From: a bacterium
Lineage (GTDB): Bacteria; Zixibacteria; MSB-5A5; GN15; FEB-12
Assembly: GCA_043811375.1 (NCBI GenBank)
Contig: JBDRNJ010000088.1
Coordinates: 1-24,074, forward strand
Length of the DNA stretch: 24,074 nucleotides
Reading direction: 5' to 3'
Positions within the stretch are counted from its first letter, which is position 1. Each line of letters begins with the position of its first letter. Positions 15,617-24,074 of this stretch are shown one piece after another. Position numbers and translations under genes: made by a program. The notes below the pieces were generated by a model. That model saw nothing but the letters and a program-made list of their open reading frames with translations, made no database searches and was not told where the DNA came from.

Positions 15617-16165
15617 ATGCCGGTTAAATCTGATCGCTGGATAATCGAAATGGCCCGACGCCATGATATGATCAAACCGTTCTCCGCCGAACAGGTGCGG
15701 TCGGGGATCAGCTTCGGTGTCTCGTCCTACGGTTATGACTTCCGTCTGTCCGATGAGTTCAAGGTTCTTGACTGCCGGGCAGTATCGGAGATCGATCCCA
15801 AAAACAGCTCCGCAACACACTTTGTGGACCAGCGGGCCGACTCGATCGTTATCGCTCCCAATTCGTTTATTCTGGGCCGATCCAAAGAGTACTTCAAGAT
15901 ACCTCGTGAGGTGATCACTATCTGCCTGGGCAAGTCCACTTATGCCCGCAGTGGTGTAATAGTCAATGTCACTCCTTTTGAACCCGAATGGGAGGGCTAT
16001 GCCACGATTTCCCTGGCCAACACCTCCCCCCTGCCGGTACGGGTCTATGCCAATGAGGGGATTGCCCAGTTAATCTTTTTGCAGGCTGACGAGGAGTGTG
16101 TCAGCTCTTATCGCGACAAGAAAGGTAAGTATCAACGGCAGACGGGAATCACCCTGTCAAAATAG
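15617..16165 (+). CDS. dcd: dCTP deaminase; start re-called at 15617
   Basis: KSDRWI, ISFGVSSYGYD.RL, GKSTYARSG..VNVTPFEPEWEG, YANEGIAQ, Y.D.KGKYQ. Confidence 0.95.
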   Translation: MPVKSDRWIIEMARRHDMIKPFSAEQVRSGISFGVSSYGYDFRLSDEFKVLDCRAVSEIDPKNSSATHFVDQRADSIVIAPNSFILGRSKEYFKIPREVITICLGKSTYARSGVIVNVTPFEPEWEGYATISLANTSPLPVRVYANEGIAQLIFLQADEECVSSYRDKKGKYQRQTGITLSK

Positions 16166-16219
16166 AGCCTAATGCCGATACCGTACTAAACGGGACTATT
16201 CATTAATCAGGAGTCAAAC

Positions 16220-19200
16220 ATGCCACAGGAAGCTGTCAAAGCGACAGACAAAAGTACCGATAAGAGCGGCCGGCGCCACATGGTTACCATAGACGGCAAC
16301 ACTGCCGCTGCCTATGTAGCGCACGCTACCAACGAAGTTATCGCCATCTACCCGATCACTCCTTCCTCCGATATGGGAGAGAAGGCCGACGAAAAATCAG
16401 CCCGGGGAGAAAAGAACATCTGGGGTGCGATCCCTACTGTTATTGAAATGCAATCCGAAGGGGGAGCATCGGGGGCGGTTCACGGAGCACTGACGACCGG
16501 CGCCCTGACTACTACTTTCACCGCCTCCCAGGGATTGCTGCTGATGATCCCAAACATGTTCAAAATTGCCGGAGAAATAACCCCGACCGTCTTCCACGTC
16601 TCGGCGCGGGCGGTGGCCACCCACGCCCTGTCGATTTTCGGCGATCACTCCGACGTCATGGCTACCCGCACCACCGGCTTTGGCCTGATAGCCTCCGGAT
16701 CGGTGCAGGAAGTGATGGATCTGGCCCTGATCGCACAGGCAGCATCACTGGAGAGCCGGGTACCGATGGTACATTTCTTTGACGGTTTCCGCACCTCCCA
16801 CGAAGTGCAAAAGGTAGAAGAGATCACGTTTGATGACATGCGCGAGATGCTCGAAGAAAAAATGATCGGGCAGCATCGACAACGGGCTCTTTCGCCGGAT
16901 ACGCCGACGATCAAGGGTACCTCGCAAAACCCCGACGTCTTCTTCCAGCATCGCGAGACCATTAACAAGTATTACCTGGCAACACCCGGAATTGTCCAGA
17001 AAGCGATGGACAGATTTGCCGGCATCGTCGGGCGCCGGTACCGATTGTTTGACTACTTCGGACACCCCCAGGCCGAGCACGTTCTGTTCATAATGGGCAC
17101 CGGCGCCGAAGTGGTCCACGAAACCGTCAACGAACTGGTAGCCCGGGGTGAGAAGGTCGGCCTGATCAAAGTCCGTTTGTACCGTCCCTTCTCGGTTGAA
17201 GCGATGGGAGCGGCTCTGCCGGCAACCACAAAAAGGATTGCCGTGCTTGACCGGACCAAAGAACCGGGTGCCGTCGGTGAACCGATGTACACCGATATTC
17301 AGACTGCCGTCAACGAACTGCTGGACGCAGGCAAGGCGCCTTTTGCCGACCGCCCGCTGGTAGTCGGTGGCCGGTACGGATTGGGCTCGTCCGAGTTCAA
17401 CCCGCCTATGGTCAAAGCCGTTTTCGATAACCTGAAGCAGGAAAACCCCAGAGACCATTTCACGGTCGGTATCACAGACGACGTTACTTTCACCTCCCTT
17501 GAATCTGACCTCTCTTTTGACCTCGAGGGCGAAAACTTCCGGGGCCTGTTTTTCGGTCTCGGCGCCGACGGCACCGTCGGGGCCAACAAGAACTCCATCA
17601 AGATCATCGGTGAAAACACGGACAACTACGCCCAGGGATATTTCGTCTATGACTCCAAGAAGGCCGGGGCGGTAACGGTCTCGCACGTCCGGTTCGGCAA
17701 GGATCCTATCCAGAAACCTTACCTGATCACTTCCGGGCAGTTTGTTGCCTGTCACAATTTCTCATTCCTGGAAAAGTACGACATGCTCGGTCGGCTTACC
17801 GAGGGCGGTACCTTTCTGCTGAACTCGCCGCATGGCCCGGACGAGGTCTGGGACAGGATACCACGAGAAGTTCAGCAGCAGTTAATCGACAAGAAAGCCC
17901 GCTTCTTTGTGATCGATGCCATATCTCTGGCCAGGGAACTTGGCCTGGGGGCACGTATCAACATGATCATGCAAACGGCGTTCTTCCTGATATCCGATAT
18001 TCTTCCGCAAGACAAGGCGATCAAGGCTATCAAGGATGCTATCCTCAAGACCTACGGGTCCAAGGGTGAAAAAGTGGTCAACATGAATTACGCCGCCGTC
18101 GACAGTGCCGAGGCCGGTATAAAGAAAGTCAATTACCCACAAAAAGTCACCAGCAGCATAGTCATGCCGCCCACGGTGCCCGATCATGCACCGGAATTCG
18201 TCAAGGCCGTCACGGCCGAGATTATCGCCGGTCGCGGCGAGTCGTTGCCGGTTTCGATATTTCCCGATGACGGCACCTACCCGACGGCTACCACTCAGTT
18301 CGAGAAACGCAATATCGCTGTCGACATTCCCGTCTGGGACACCAAAGCCTGCATCCAGTGCAACATCTGCTCTATCGTATGTCCCCATGCTGCCATCCGC
18401 CCCAAAGTCTTTGACAAAAAGTACCTCGACCAGGCCCCTGAGGATTTCCTGTATGTCGAGGCTATGACCAAATCATTGAAGGGGCTGTACTATTCTCTCC
18501 AAGTGGCCCCTGAGGACTGCACCGGCTGCGAGGTTTGCGTGAATGCCTGCCCGGCGTTTGCGAAAGATGAACAGGGTAACAAGACCGACATCAAGGCTAT
18601 CTATATGGCCCCTCAGGCGCCCATCCGGGAACGCGAAAAAAAGAACTGGGATTTCTTCATCAACGTGCTGCCTGATCCTGACCCGTCCCTGTTTAAGATT
18701 GGAACCGTCAAGGGTTCCCAGTTTGTGCGGCCGTTGTTCGAGTTTTCCGGCGCCTGTGCCGGTTGCGGAGAAACTCAGTATGTCAAGCTGATGACGCAAC
18801 TGGTTGGCGACCGTGCTCTCTGCGGCAACGCTACCGGCTGCAGTTCGATTTACGGCGGTAACCTTCCTACTACGCCGTTCTGCCAGCGTGCCGATGGCCG
18901 GGGCCCGGCCTGGTCCAACTCGCTGTTTGAAGATGCGGCCGAGTTTGCCCTGGGCATGAGGCTGACAGCCGACCAGCTTGGGCCGTATGCACTGGATCTG
19001 GTCAGACAACTGGTGCCCGACATGTATGATGAACTGGCCGGAGCCGATCAGCAGACTCAGGAAGGTATCGAACAACAACGACAAAGAGTCACCCGCCTGC
19101 GGCAGAAACTGCTGGAACTTAAGGGCGACCAGGCGGAGGCGTTAGGAAACATCACCCATTTCCTGACCAAAAAATCGGTCTGGGGCATCGGCGGCGATGG

Positions 19201-19834
19201 CTGGGCGTATGATATTGGGTTTGGCGGGCTGGATCATGTTCTGTCCACCGGGAAAGACGTCAACCTGCTGGTTCTGGATACCGAGGTCTACTCCAACACC
19301 GGAGGACAAATGTCCAAGGCCACACCACGCGGCTCCACGGCCAAGTTTGCCGCTGCTGGCAAACCTCTGCCCAAAAAAGACCTGGGTCTGATGATGATGT
19401 CTTACAACAACGTCTATGTCGCCCAGGTGGCAATCGGGGCCAGTCACAATCAGACCGTCAAAGCGATGGTCGAGGCTGAACGATACAACGGTCCCTCACT
19501 GCTGATCTGCTACAGCGCTTGTATTGCCCACGGTATCGACATGGCGCACAGTCTGGACGCTGAAGACAGAGCGGTCAAGAGCGGCCACTGGCTGCTGTAT
19601 CGATACAATCCCGAGCGCATAAAAGAAGGCAAAAACCCGCTGCAACTTGACGGCAAAGAGCCCTCGATACAGTTTGAGGAATACGCATACATGGAAAACC
19701 GCTTCCGGACTCTCAAGAGCAAAGACCCTGAACGAGCCAGGATGCTGATTAAACTGGGGCAGCAGGATTGCGACCGGCGCTGGCACCTTTATTCACAGAT
19801 GGCCGCTATGGACTACTCGAAATTAGCAGATTAA
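16220..19834 (+). CDS. nifJ: Pyruvate:ferredoxin (flavodoxin) oxidoreductase, single-chain type
   Basis: YPITPS, EMQSEGGA, FTASQGLLLMIPNM, GLGADGTVGANKNS, two CxxCxxCxxxCP motifs, FSGACAGCGET, and TPP motif GGDGWAYDIG...YSNTGGQ. RBS AGGAG. Confidence 0.98.
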   Translation: MPQEAVKATDKSTDKSGRRHMVTIDGNTAAAYVAHATNEVIAIYPITPSSDMGEKADEKSARGEKNIWGAIPTVIEMQSEGGASGAVHGALTTGALTTTFTASQGLLLMIPNMFKIAGEITPTVFHVSARAVATHALSIFGDHSDVMATRTTGFGLIASGSVQEVMDLALIAQAASLESRVPMVHFFDGFRTSHEVQKVEEITFDDMREMLEEKMIGQHRQRALSPDTPTIKGTSQNPDVFFQHRETINKYYLATPGIVQKAMDRFAGIVGRRYRLFDYFGHPQAEHVLFIMGTGAEVVHETVNELVARGEKVGLIKVRLYRPFSVEAMGAALPATTKRIAVLDRTKEPGAVGEPMYTDIQTAVNELLDAGKAPFADRPLVVGGRYGLGSSEFNPPMVKAVFDNLKQENPRDHFTVGITDDVTFTSLESDLSFDLEGENFRGLFFGLGADGTVGANKNSIKIIGENTDNYAQGYFVYDSKKAGAVTVSHVRFGKDPIQKPYLITSGQFVACHNFSFLEKYDMLGRLTEGGTFLLNSPHGPDEVWDRIPREVQQQLIDKKARFFVIDAISLARELGLGARINMIMQTAFFLISDILPQDKAIKAIKDAILKTYGSKGEKVVNMNYAAVDSAEAGIKKVNYPQKVTSSIVMPPTVPDHAPEFVKAVTAEIIAGRGESLPVSIFPDDGTYPTATTQFEKRNIAVDIPVWDTKACIQCNICSIVCPHAAIRPKVFDKKYLDQAPEDFLYVEAMTKSLKGLYYSLQVAPEDCTGCEVCVNACPAFAKDEQGNKTDIKAIYMAPQAPIREREKKNWDFFINVLPDPDPSLFKIGTVKGSQFVRPLFEFSGACAGCGETQYVKLMTQLVGDRALCGNATGCSSIYGGNLPTTPFCQRADGRGPAWSNSLFEDAAEFALGMRLTADQLGPYALDLVRQLVPDMYDELAGADQQTQEGIEQQRQRVTRLRQKLLELKGDQAEALGNITHFLTKKSVWGIGGDGWAYDIGFGGLDHVLSTGKDVNLLVLDTEVYSNTGGQMSKATPRGSTAKFAAAGKPLPKKDLGLMMMSYNNVYVAQVAIGASHNQTVKAMVEAERYNGPSLLICYSACIAHGIDMAHSLDAEDRAVKSGHWLLYRYNPERIKEGKNPLQLDGKEPSIQFEEYAYMENRFRTLKSKDPERARMLIKLGQQDCDRRWHLYSQMAAMDYSKLAD

Positions 19835-19861
19835 CGGCTTCGGCAACCACGATATCCTGTT

Positions 19862-19892
19862 AAGACGGATCCTCCGGGGTCCGTCTTTTTTT
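19862..19892 (+). terminator. Intrinsic terminator after PFOR
   Basis: aagacggatcc-tccg-gggtccgtctt followed by a T-run. Confidence 0.85.
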
Positions 19893-19983
19893 ATCGCCAC
19901 CGGCTTCGGGTTGCCGTCAAGAAACATCTCCCGTCTTCCGATAAAAGATAAGAATAGACGTACCACAACAGATTGGAGGACTT

Positions 19984-20835
19984 ATGCGTAGCAAGATGAT
20001 GGTAGCCGGAGCACTGGCAGTGATGTTCTGCGGAACTTCGGTTCTTGCAACCGGCGACAATGAGCAGGAAATCATCGATCGTTATCTCAAGAAAACCCAG
20101 ACGAAACACATCCACAAAATCAGTTGGATTTCCGCCAGCTTCACAGTGAATCGAATTAACCAGGACAACCCGTACAACGGATTCGCCAATTACACTTCAG
20201 GTCACTTTTCCAATACCGATATCCCGTGGCTGGGTCAGGCCAAAACTTTCGGTCTCGAAGGAGGTCTCATTCTGGGCCGGAATTTCGCCTGGTCTCTCGG
20301 CGGCGAATACTGGTTGAAACTGGGCACCAACCAAACCGGTTCGTTCAACTACACCCCTCCCGGAGGGACACCTGCCGTCGTCACCAACCTGGTCTCACAA
20401 GTTCAGGTCTGGGGTATCTTCAGCAGTATCCAGTACTATCTGTACAACCCTCCGTCCCGCACCGGACTGATCAACAAGTTAGCGGTACGGATCGGCGGCA
20501 GCCTGGGTTACTATCAGGCCAGTTGGGATTTGTTCAGTGAGTATCAGAACCTGAATCTGACCACCTCGGCCCCCACCGGCATCAACACAACCTTCCAGGG
20601 AACGGCCCCGTCATTCTCCGCCCACTGCGGAATTGATTACCCGTTGTCGTTCATGGATATGGCGATTGGAGCCAATGTTGGTTATATTTACCTGAACTTC
20701 ACCAACGTTGCCTGGTACAATCAGTCAGACGAGGAAGTTGTCGCCACCTATGACGGGACCGCCGGCGGCCGGGTCGATCTTGATCTGTCCGGCTTTTGCG
20801 GTAAGGTGGAACTGAAGCGGTTTTTCACGTTCTGA
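19984..20835 (+). CDS. Putative outer-membrane beta-barrel protein
   Basis: RBS GGAGGA, signal peptide, alternating amphipathic aromatic/Gly strands and C-terminal ...VELKRFFTF (terminal Phe). Confidence 0.7.
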   Translation: MRSKMMVAGALAVMFCGTSVLATGDNEQEIIDRYLKKTQTKHIHKISWISASFTVNRINQDNPYNGFANYTSGHFSNTDIPWLGQAKTFGLEGGLILGRNFAWSLGGEYWLKLGTNQTGSFNYTPPGGTPAVVTNLVSQVQVWGIFSSIQYYLYNPPSRTGLINKLAVRIGGSLGYYQASWDLFSEYQNLNLTTSAPTGINTTFQGTAPSFSAHCGIDYPLSFMDMAIGANVGYIYLNFTNVAWYNQSDEEVVATYDGTAGGRVDLDLSGFCGKVELKRFFTF

Positions 20836-20857
20836 TCGATTGCCGGCAGCGCCACTG

Positions 20858-20885
20858 TTGACAGAGCGACAATTCCTGCTATAAT
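20858..20885 (+). promoter_or_regulatory. Consensus sigma70 promoter with extended -10
   Basis: TTGACA-16-TATAAT, with TGn preceding the -10 box. Confidence 0.8.
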
Positions 20886-20924
20886 GGGCCGAACTGAAAC
20901 AAAATACGAGGGAGAAACCTGAGT

Positions 20925-21935
20925 ATGAAACGACCATCGCTGGTGTCAACTGGAACCGGTATCGCCCTGATACTGCTGGTCGCAGTATCGACCGTTACTC
21001 TGGCGGCTGAAAAGATGCCGGCCGACAAAGCCGGTGAGATCGGCACTCCCACAGGCAGAATTGCTTTTATACGTGAGGGCAATGTCTGGGTGATGGAGGC
21101 CAACGGCAACAATCAGCAGATGATTTCCGAAACTAGCAACGCCGCCGGAAGGCTTTCCTGGTCACCCGACAACAAAGAGATAGCGTTTACCAGAACCGGC
21201 AATGTACAGGTTCAGTTACCCAGCCAGGGCGGTGGTTACCATCGTCTCAACGATCTGTACCTTCTCTTCATGGACTCGGCCTACGCCAACAATGTGACCT
21301 TCTGGTACAGCCTTACCGGTGATATGGGCAGCCGGGGGCCGGAATACAGCTCCGACGGCAAGAGTCTTCTGTTCTGGAAAGATATCAACGCCGACCTGAT
21401 CAGCGCCGCTGAGCCGGATTATCGAATGTGCACTATGGATACTCGCGGCGGCAACGTCAAATTTCTGCGGGATGACCGACCGGGGACTGATTCCTTTCTG
21501 GTGTCGCCTTCAATGAATGCCAACGGCGATCTTGCCTGCGCTGCCCTGTTTGACAAGAAAATGAAAGGGCTGGTCATATTGACGAAAGACCAGATCAATA
21601 TGCCGATGGACTCAGTGGCAAAAGTGGCAGTGAAAAAGATCGAATGCGTCTCACCCGTCTGGTCACCTGATGGAAAATGGCTGGCATACATCTTAAACAA
21701 ACTCGAAGGCGGCGGCCTGTATGTTGCCACTGCCGACCTTAAGGAAGAGTACCTGGTATTCGAGCCCACGGCCGGCACCAACCTCTACACGGTAGCGCCA
21801 TCTTTCTCACCCGATTCCAAATGGCTTACTTTTTCGACCAACGACGGATCTATCTGGATATGTGACATCGCCGGCAAAGCCGCCCAGCGGCTCACCGGAC
21901 CCGGTGGTGATCAGTTCTCGGCCTGGTCCCGATAG
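20925..21935 (+). CDS. Exported TolB-like (PD40) beta-propeller protein
   Basis: Signal peptide; GRIAF, WSPDNKEIAF, YSSDGK, WSPDGKWLAY and FSPDSKWLTF repeats. No evident TolB N-terminal domain and no tol-pal context. Confidence 0.85.
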   Translation: MKRPSLVSTGTGIALILLVAVSTVTLAAEKMPADKAGEIGTPTGRIAFIREGNVWVMEANGNNQQMISETSNAAGRLSWSPDNKEIAFTRTGNVQVQLPSQGGGYHRLNDLYLLFMDSAYANNVTFWYSLTGDMGSRGPEYSSDGKSLLFWKDINADLISAAEPDYRMCTMDTRGGNVKFLRDDRPGTDSFLVSPSMNANGDLACAALFDKKMKGLVILTKDQINMPMDSVAKVAVKKIECVSPVWSPDGKWLAYILNKLEGGGLYVATADLKEEYLVFEPTAGTNLYTVAPSFSPDSKWLTFSTNDGSIWICDIAGKAAQRLTGPGGDQFSAWSR

Positions 21936-21955
21936 CAGTTATAAATTTCCGGCAC

Positions 21956-21988
21956 AAGGGAAGGACATCAATTGTCCTTCCCTTTTTT
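21956..21988 (+). terminator. Intrinsic terminator
   Basis: aagggaaggaca-tcaat-tgtccttccctt followed by a T-run. Confidence 0.85.
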
Positions 21989-22105
21989 CCTTTTAGCCTA
22001 ACCCCTTTATTCACAAACTCAATAACAATCTGTCAGCATTCACGTACCCATTTTAAGGAAGCCTCGATACACATCACCCAACGTTTACCGCCATATCCAG
22101 CGACT

Positions 22106-22573
22106 TCAGGGTTTGACCGGCTGGACCACCGACGAATCGCAGAAATCCACTTTCAGGAAAAAACCGGTAACCGGCAGATAACGCTCACTCAGGTGACTCC
22201 AATTGACGGCAAACTTGTAGTAGCCGGTATTCAGTCTCCGAACCATCAGAGGTTTGATCAACTGTCGGGCGGCATCGAGCAGATTCACGGTCGTGACACA
22301 CGACTGCCCGGCAATGTGAAACACAACCGATGGCGCCGCTGTCGACAGAAGACTGTTGCTTCGATCCGGCGGCAGCGAGTCGATGCGATCAGACCTGATG
22401 AGTGTAAAAAGTGAATCCGAGACAACCATTTGAGGATCAACCCAGACAATCTCGTACTGACCTCCTCGGATGCTCTCCGTCTCTCGCGTACTCAACCACC
22501 GGCCACAACCGGAACAGATCAGGACCAGCCCGCCCAGTACGAAAGCACTTCTGTAGATACTATTGTGTCGCAT
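22106..22573 (-). CDS. Putative lipoprotein with a degenerate FlgD-Ig/CTD-like domain
   Basis: Basic N-terminus, hydrophobic stretch and CSGC lipobox-like motif. VNLLD...LIKPL....LNTGYY....W pattern. Confidence 0.6.
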   Translation of the reverse strand: MRHNSIYRSAFVLGGLVLICSGCGRWLSTRETESIRGGQYEIVWVDPQMVVSDSLFTLIRSDRIDSLPPDRSNSLLSTAAPSVVFHIAGQSCVTTVNLLDAARQLIKPLMVRRLNTGYYKFAVNWSHLSERYLPVTGFFLKVDFCDSSVVQPVKP

Positions 22574-22594
22574 TTTCTACTCTGTCGATATCGA

Positions 22595-23239
22595 TCAGGG
22601 TTTATATCTAATGTCGATAGCGTATGAGAAATCACCTATTATCAAATTGACTGTGTAAACACCCCTGGTAATGCCCGCAGGCGGCAGCCACTCGAACCGG
22701 TGCCGGCCACTATTCATCAACGAATCGACGATCGGGGTATCAATCACGCGGCCGCGACGATTGCAAACATTGATCGACACCAGCGCCGAATCCCGGCTCA
22801 ACTCGAAATCGATCACTGTCGACCACGGCTCCGCAGGCGGATAGACACGGCTGGAGAGCTCCCACCGGCTGAACTGAGCCGTCACCTCGCGGTTATACTT
22901 GTGGCCGCAATCATTGACAACATAACCGTAAGTGCCGGGCGCCACGAATTCACCGGAATCATCTTTCTTGTCCCAGTAGAAGTTGTAATATCCATAAGAG
23001 AAAAGACGATCCACCAGGTGCCTGATAACCTGCGCGGAGTCTCCCAGAATGTCTATTATCACCCGACAATTGCTGTGACGCTCGATCGGCAACCAGATGC
23101 GCACCCGCTCGGCTTCCGCAGAGTCCGCCGGCGGGATGGTCAGATCATCCCGGCTCGGTTCCCTGCTGCCGGCCGTTGCTGGTACCGCCAGAACCGTCAG
23201 CCATATAATTGCCACTATGTTTGCCCATAGCTTCTTCAT
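22595..23239 (-). CDS. Exported protein with two tandem FlgD-Ig/CTD-like domains; start re-called at 23239
   Basis: MKKLW... signal peptide. IDIL....VIRHLVD.....GYY...WD.KDDSG..V.PGTY and INV.N..GRVI......SG.H.FEW......GVY. Confidence 0.75.
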   Translation of the reverse strand: MKKLWANIVAIIWLTVLAVPATAGSREPSRDDLTIPPADSAEAERVRIWLPIERHSNCRVIIDILGDSAQVIRHLVDRLFSYGYYNFYWDKKDDSGEFVAPGTYGYVVNDCGHKYNREVTAQFSRWELSSRVYPPAEPWSTVIDFELSRDSALVSINVCNRRGRVIDTPIVDSLMNSGRHRFEWLPPAGITRGVYTVNLIIGDFSYAIDIRYKP

Positions 23240-23408
23240 ACTATCGTTTATACAAACCAACCCGTCAGGCCGCAAGCGACATTTAATGATACTATTTGGC
23301 GGTTCTTGCCGAAGTGTCCCCCCTTCACAAAACCCACTTGGTGAGCCACCCGACAATTTGGAGGAAACACAATATCGTGCAATAGAGGGAGAGGCGATGC
23401 CTCCCTCC

Positions 23409-23720
23409 TCAATCATCAAACAGGTCGTCGAACTTCTGGCGGCGGACATCCTTCTTGTCCTGCTGCGCGGAGATGCCCCCGGGGCGCTTGACTACATTGC
23501 GCATCTGGAAGAAATCACAGAAGTTGGCCTTTTCCTTGTTGGGGATGTTGTTCTCGATATGTTCCCGGCACTGGGCTCGGCTCTGGGGATCGAAATGCCG
23601 ACAACCCCGGCAACAGCGCATATCGGCCAGGCAGTGGGGGCAGCTATCGTTACGCCCCACCCGCCCCTCCAGGCCGGTCGGTCGACCGCAGTTCCAGCAG
23701 AGAAGTCCGGCCTCAGGCAT
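23409..23720 (-). CDS. Small Cys-rich conserved hypothetical protein (probable metal-binding)
   Basis: CxxC, CxxC, CCxxCxHF, CRE, ANFCDFF and FDDLF motifs. GGGAG upstream of the start. Confidence 0.8.
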   Translation of the reverse strand: MPEAGLLCWNCGRPTGLEGRVGRNDSCPHCLADMRCCRGCRHFDPQSRAQCREHIENNIPNKEKANFCDFFQMRNVVKRPGGISAQQDKKDVRRQKFDDLFDD

Positions 23721-23828
23721 AGTGTCGCTCCCCGGTAGTCATGGTACCGCAATATACACCGAACAACTGCTGCTACCAAGTGGCAAAAACCCCAGCGCAA
23801 GGGGAGTGTTGATAAACCTATGTTTCAC

Positions 23829-23937
23829 GTCATCGCGAGGTACGCCTTGCGTACCGTGGCGATCTCAATTCACTGCTGGAAACTGAGTTCGAGATTGCCA
23901 CGTCGCTTCGGCCGGAAGGCCTCCGCTCCTCGCAATG
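23829..23937. repeat. Inverted pair of GTCATTGCG...GCAATCTC-type palindromic repeats
   Basis: gtcatcgcgagg...gtggcgatctc (23829-23866) and gagattgccacgtcgct...gctcctcgcaatg (23891-23937). Same family as 5315-5348. Confidence 0.75.
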
Positions 23938-24026
23938 GGCATAATAGTCAGGAAGTGTTGATGGTTTTGGTGTAATTGGTTGTTATTCTTGGGGTTTTAT
24001 GGGACTGGACTGAGGAGCCTGAGAGT

Positions 24027-24074
24027 ATGGGTCAAAAAGATTCTGTCGGCACTGCGGTGTGTACGGTGCTGTTC
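24027..24074 (+). CDS. Possible 5' end of a gene running off the right edge (MGQKDSVGTAVCTVLF...)
   Basis: GAGGAG 9 nt before the ATG; the frame is open to the edge. Confidence 0.4.
   Translation, partial: MGQKDSVGTAVCTVLF

Noticed and set aside
16397..19786. Long antisense ORFs inside nifJ (e.g. 16745-17755) and similar shadow ORFs over other genes
   Set aside because: They are antisense or alternate-frame shadows of well-supported genes in GC-rich DNA, with no recognisable motifs.
20925..21935. Calling this gene tolB
   Set aside because: It is propeller only, with no tolQRA or pal neighbours.
23240..23280. Leaderless promoter (TTGCGG-17-TATAAA) for the 22595-23239 gene
   Set aside because: Both boxes are weak and the -10 lacks the conserved final T, so it is not supportable.

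Overview
Bacterial chromosomal segment. The Cys-capped 'GDVD..GSIDVGDLTYLVAYLFQGGPPP' dockerin, the SBBP propeller and the FlgD/T9SS-type C-terminal domain suggest an FCB-group organism, probably Zixibacteria (inference). The left part (423-5260, all minus strand) is a surface-protein locus: a secreted tail-fibre-like protein overlapping a small dockerin-bearing protein, then lgt, then a lipoprotein with two repeated, possibly cohesin-like domains, followed by a relic copy of part of the dockerin gene. Next come two sensor kinases with no response regulator in the window, behind a sigma54-like promoter and a structured leader, then trxB and cobA/btuR. An SBBP beta-propeller gene carries an in-frame REP-like palindrome and has a stranded dockerin tail right after its stop codon. 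After it lie a palindrome-dense spacer, Rrf2-dcd-PFOR (nifJ), an outer-membrane barrel, a TolB-like propeller, two FlgD-Ig/CTD-like-only proteins and a small Cys-rich protein. Best candidate for a new system: a non-cellulolytic cohesin-dockerin surface-display system for a fibre protein, with sequence traces of C-terminal anchor-module swapping. I saw no tRNA, rRNA, CRISPR array or intact transposase.
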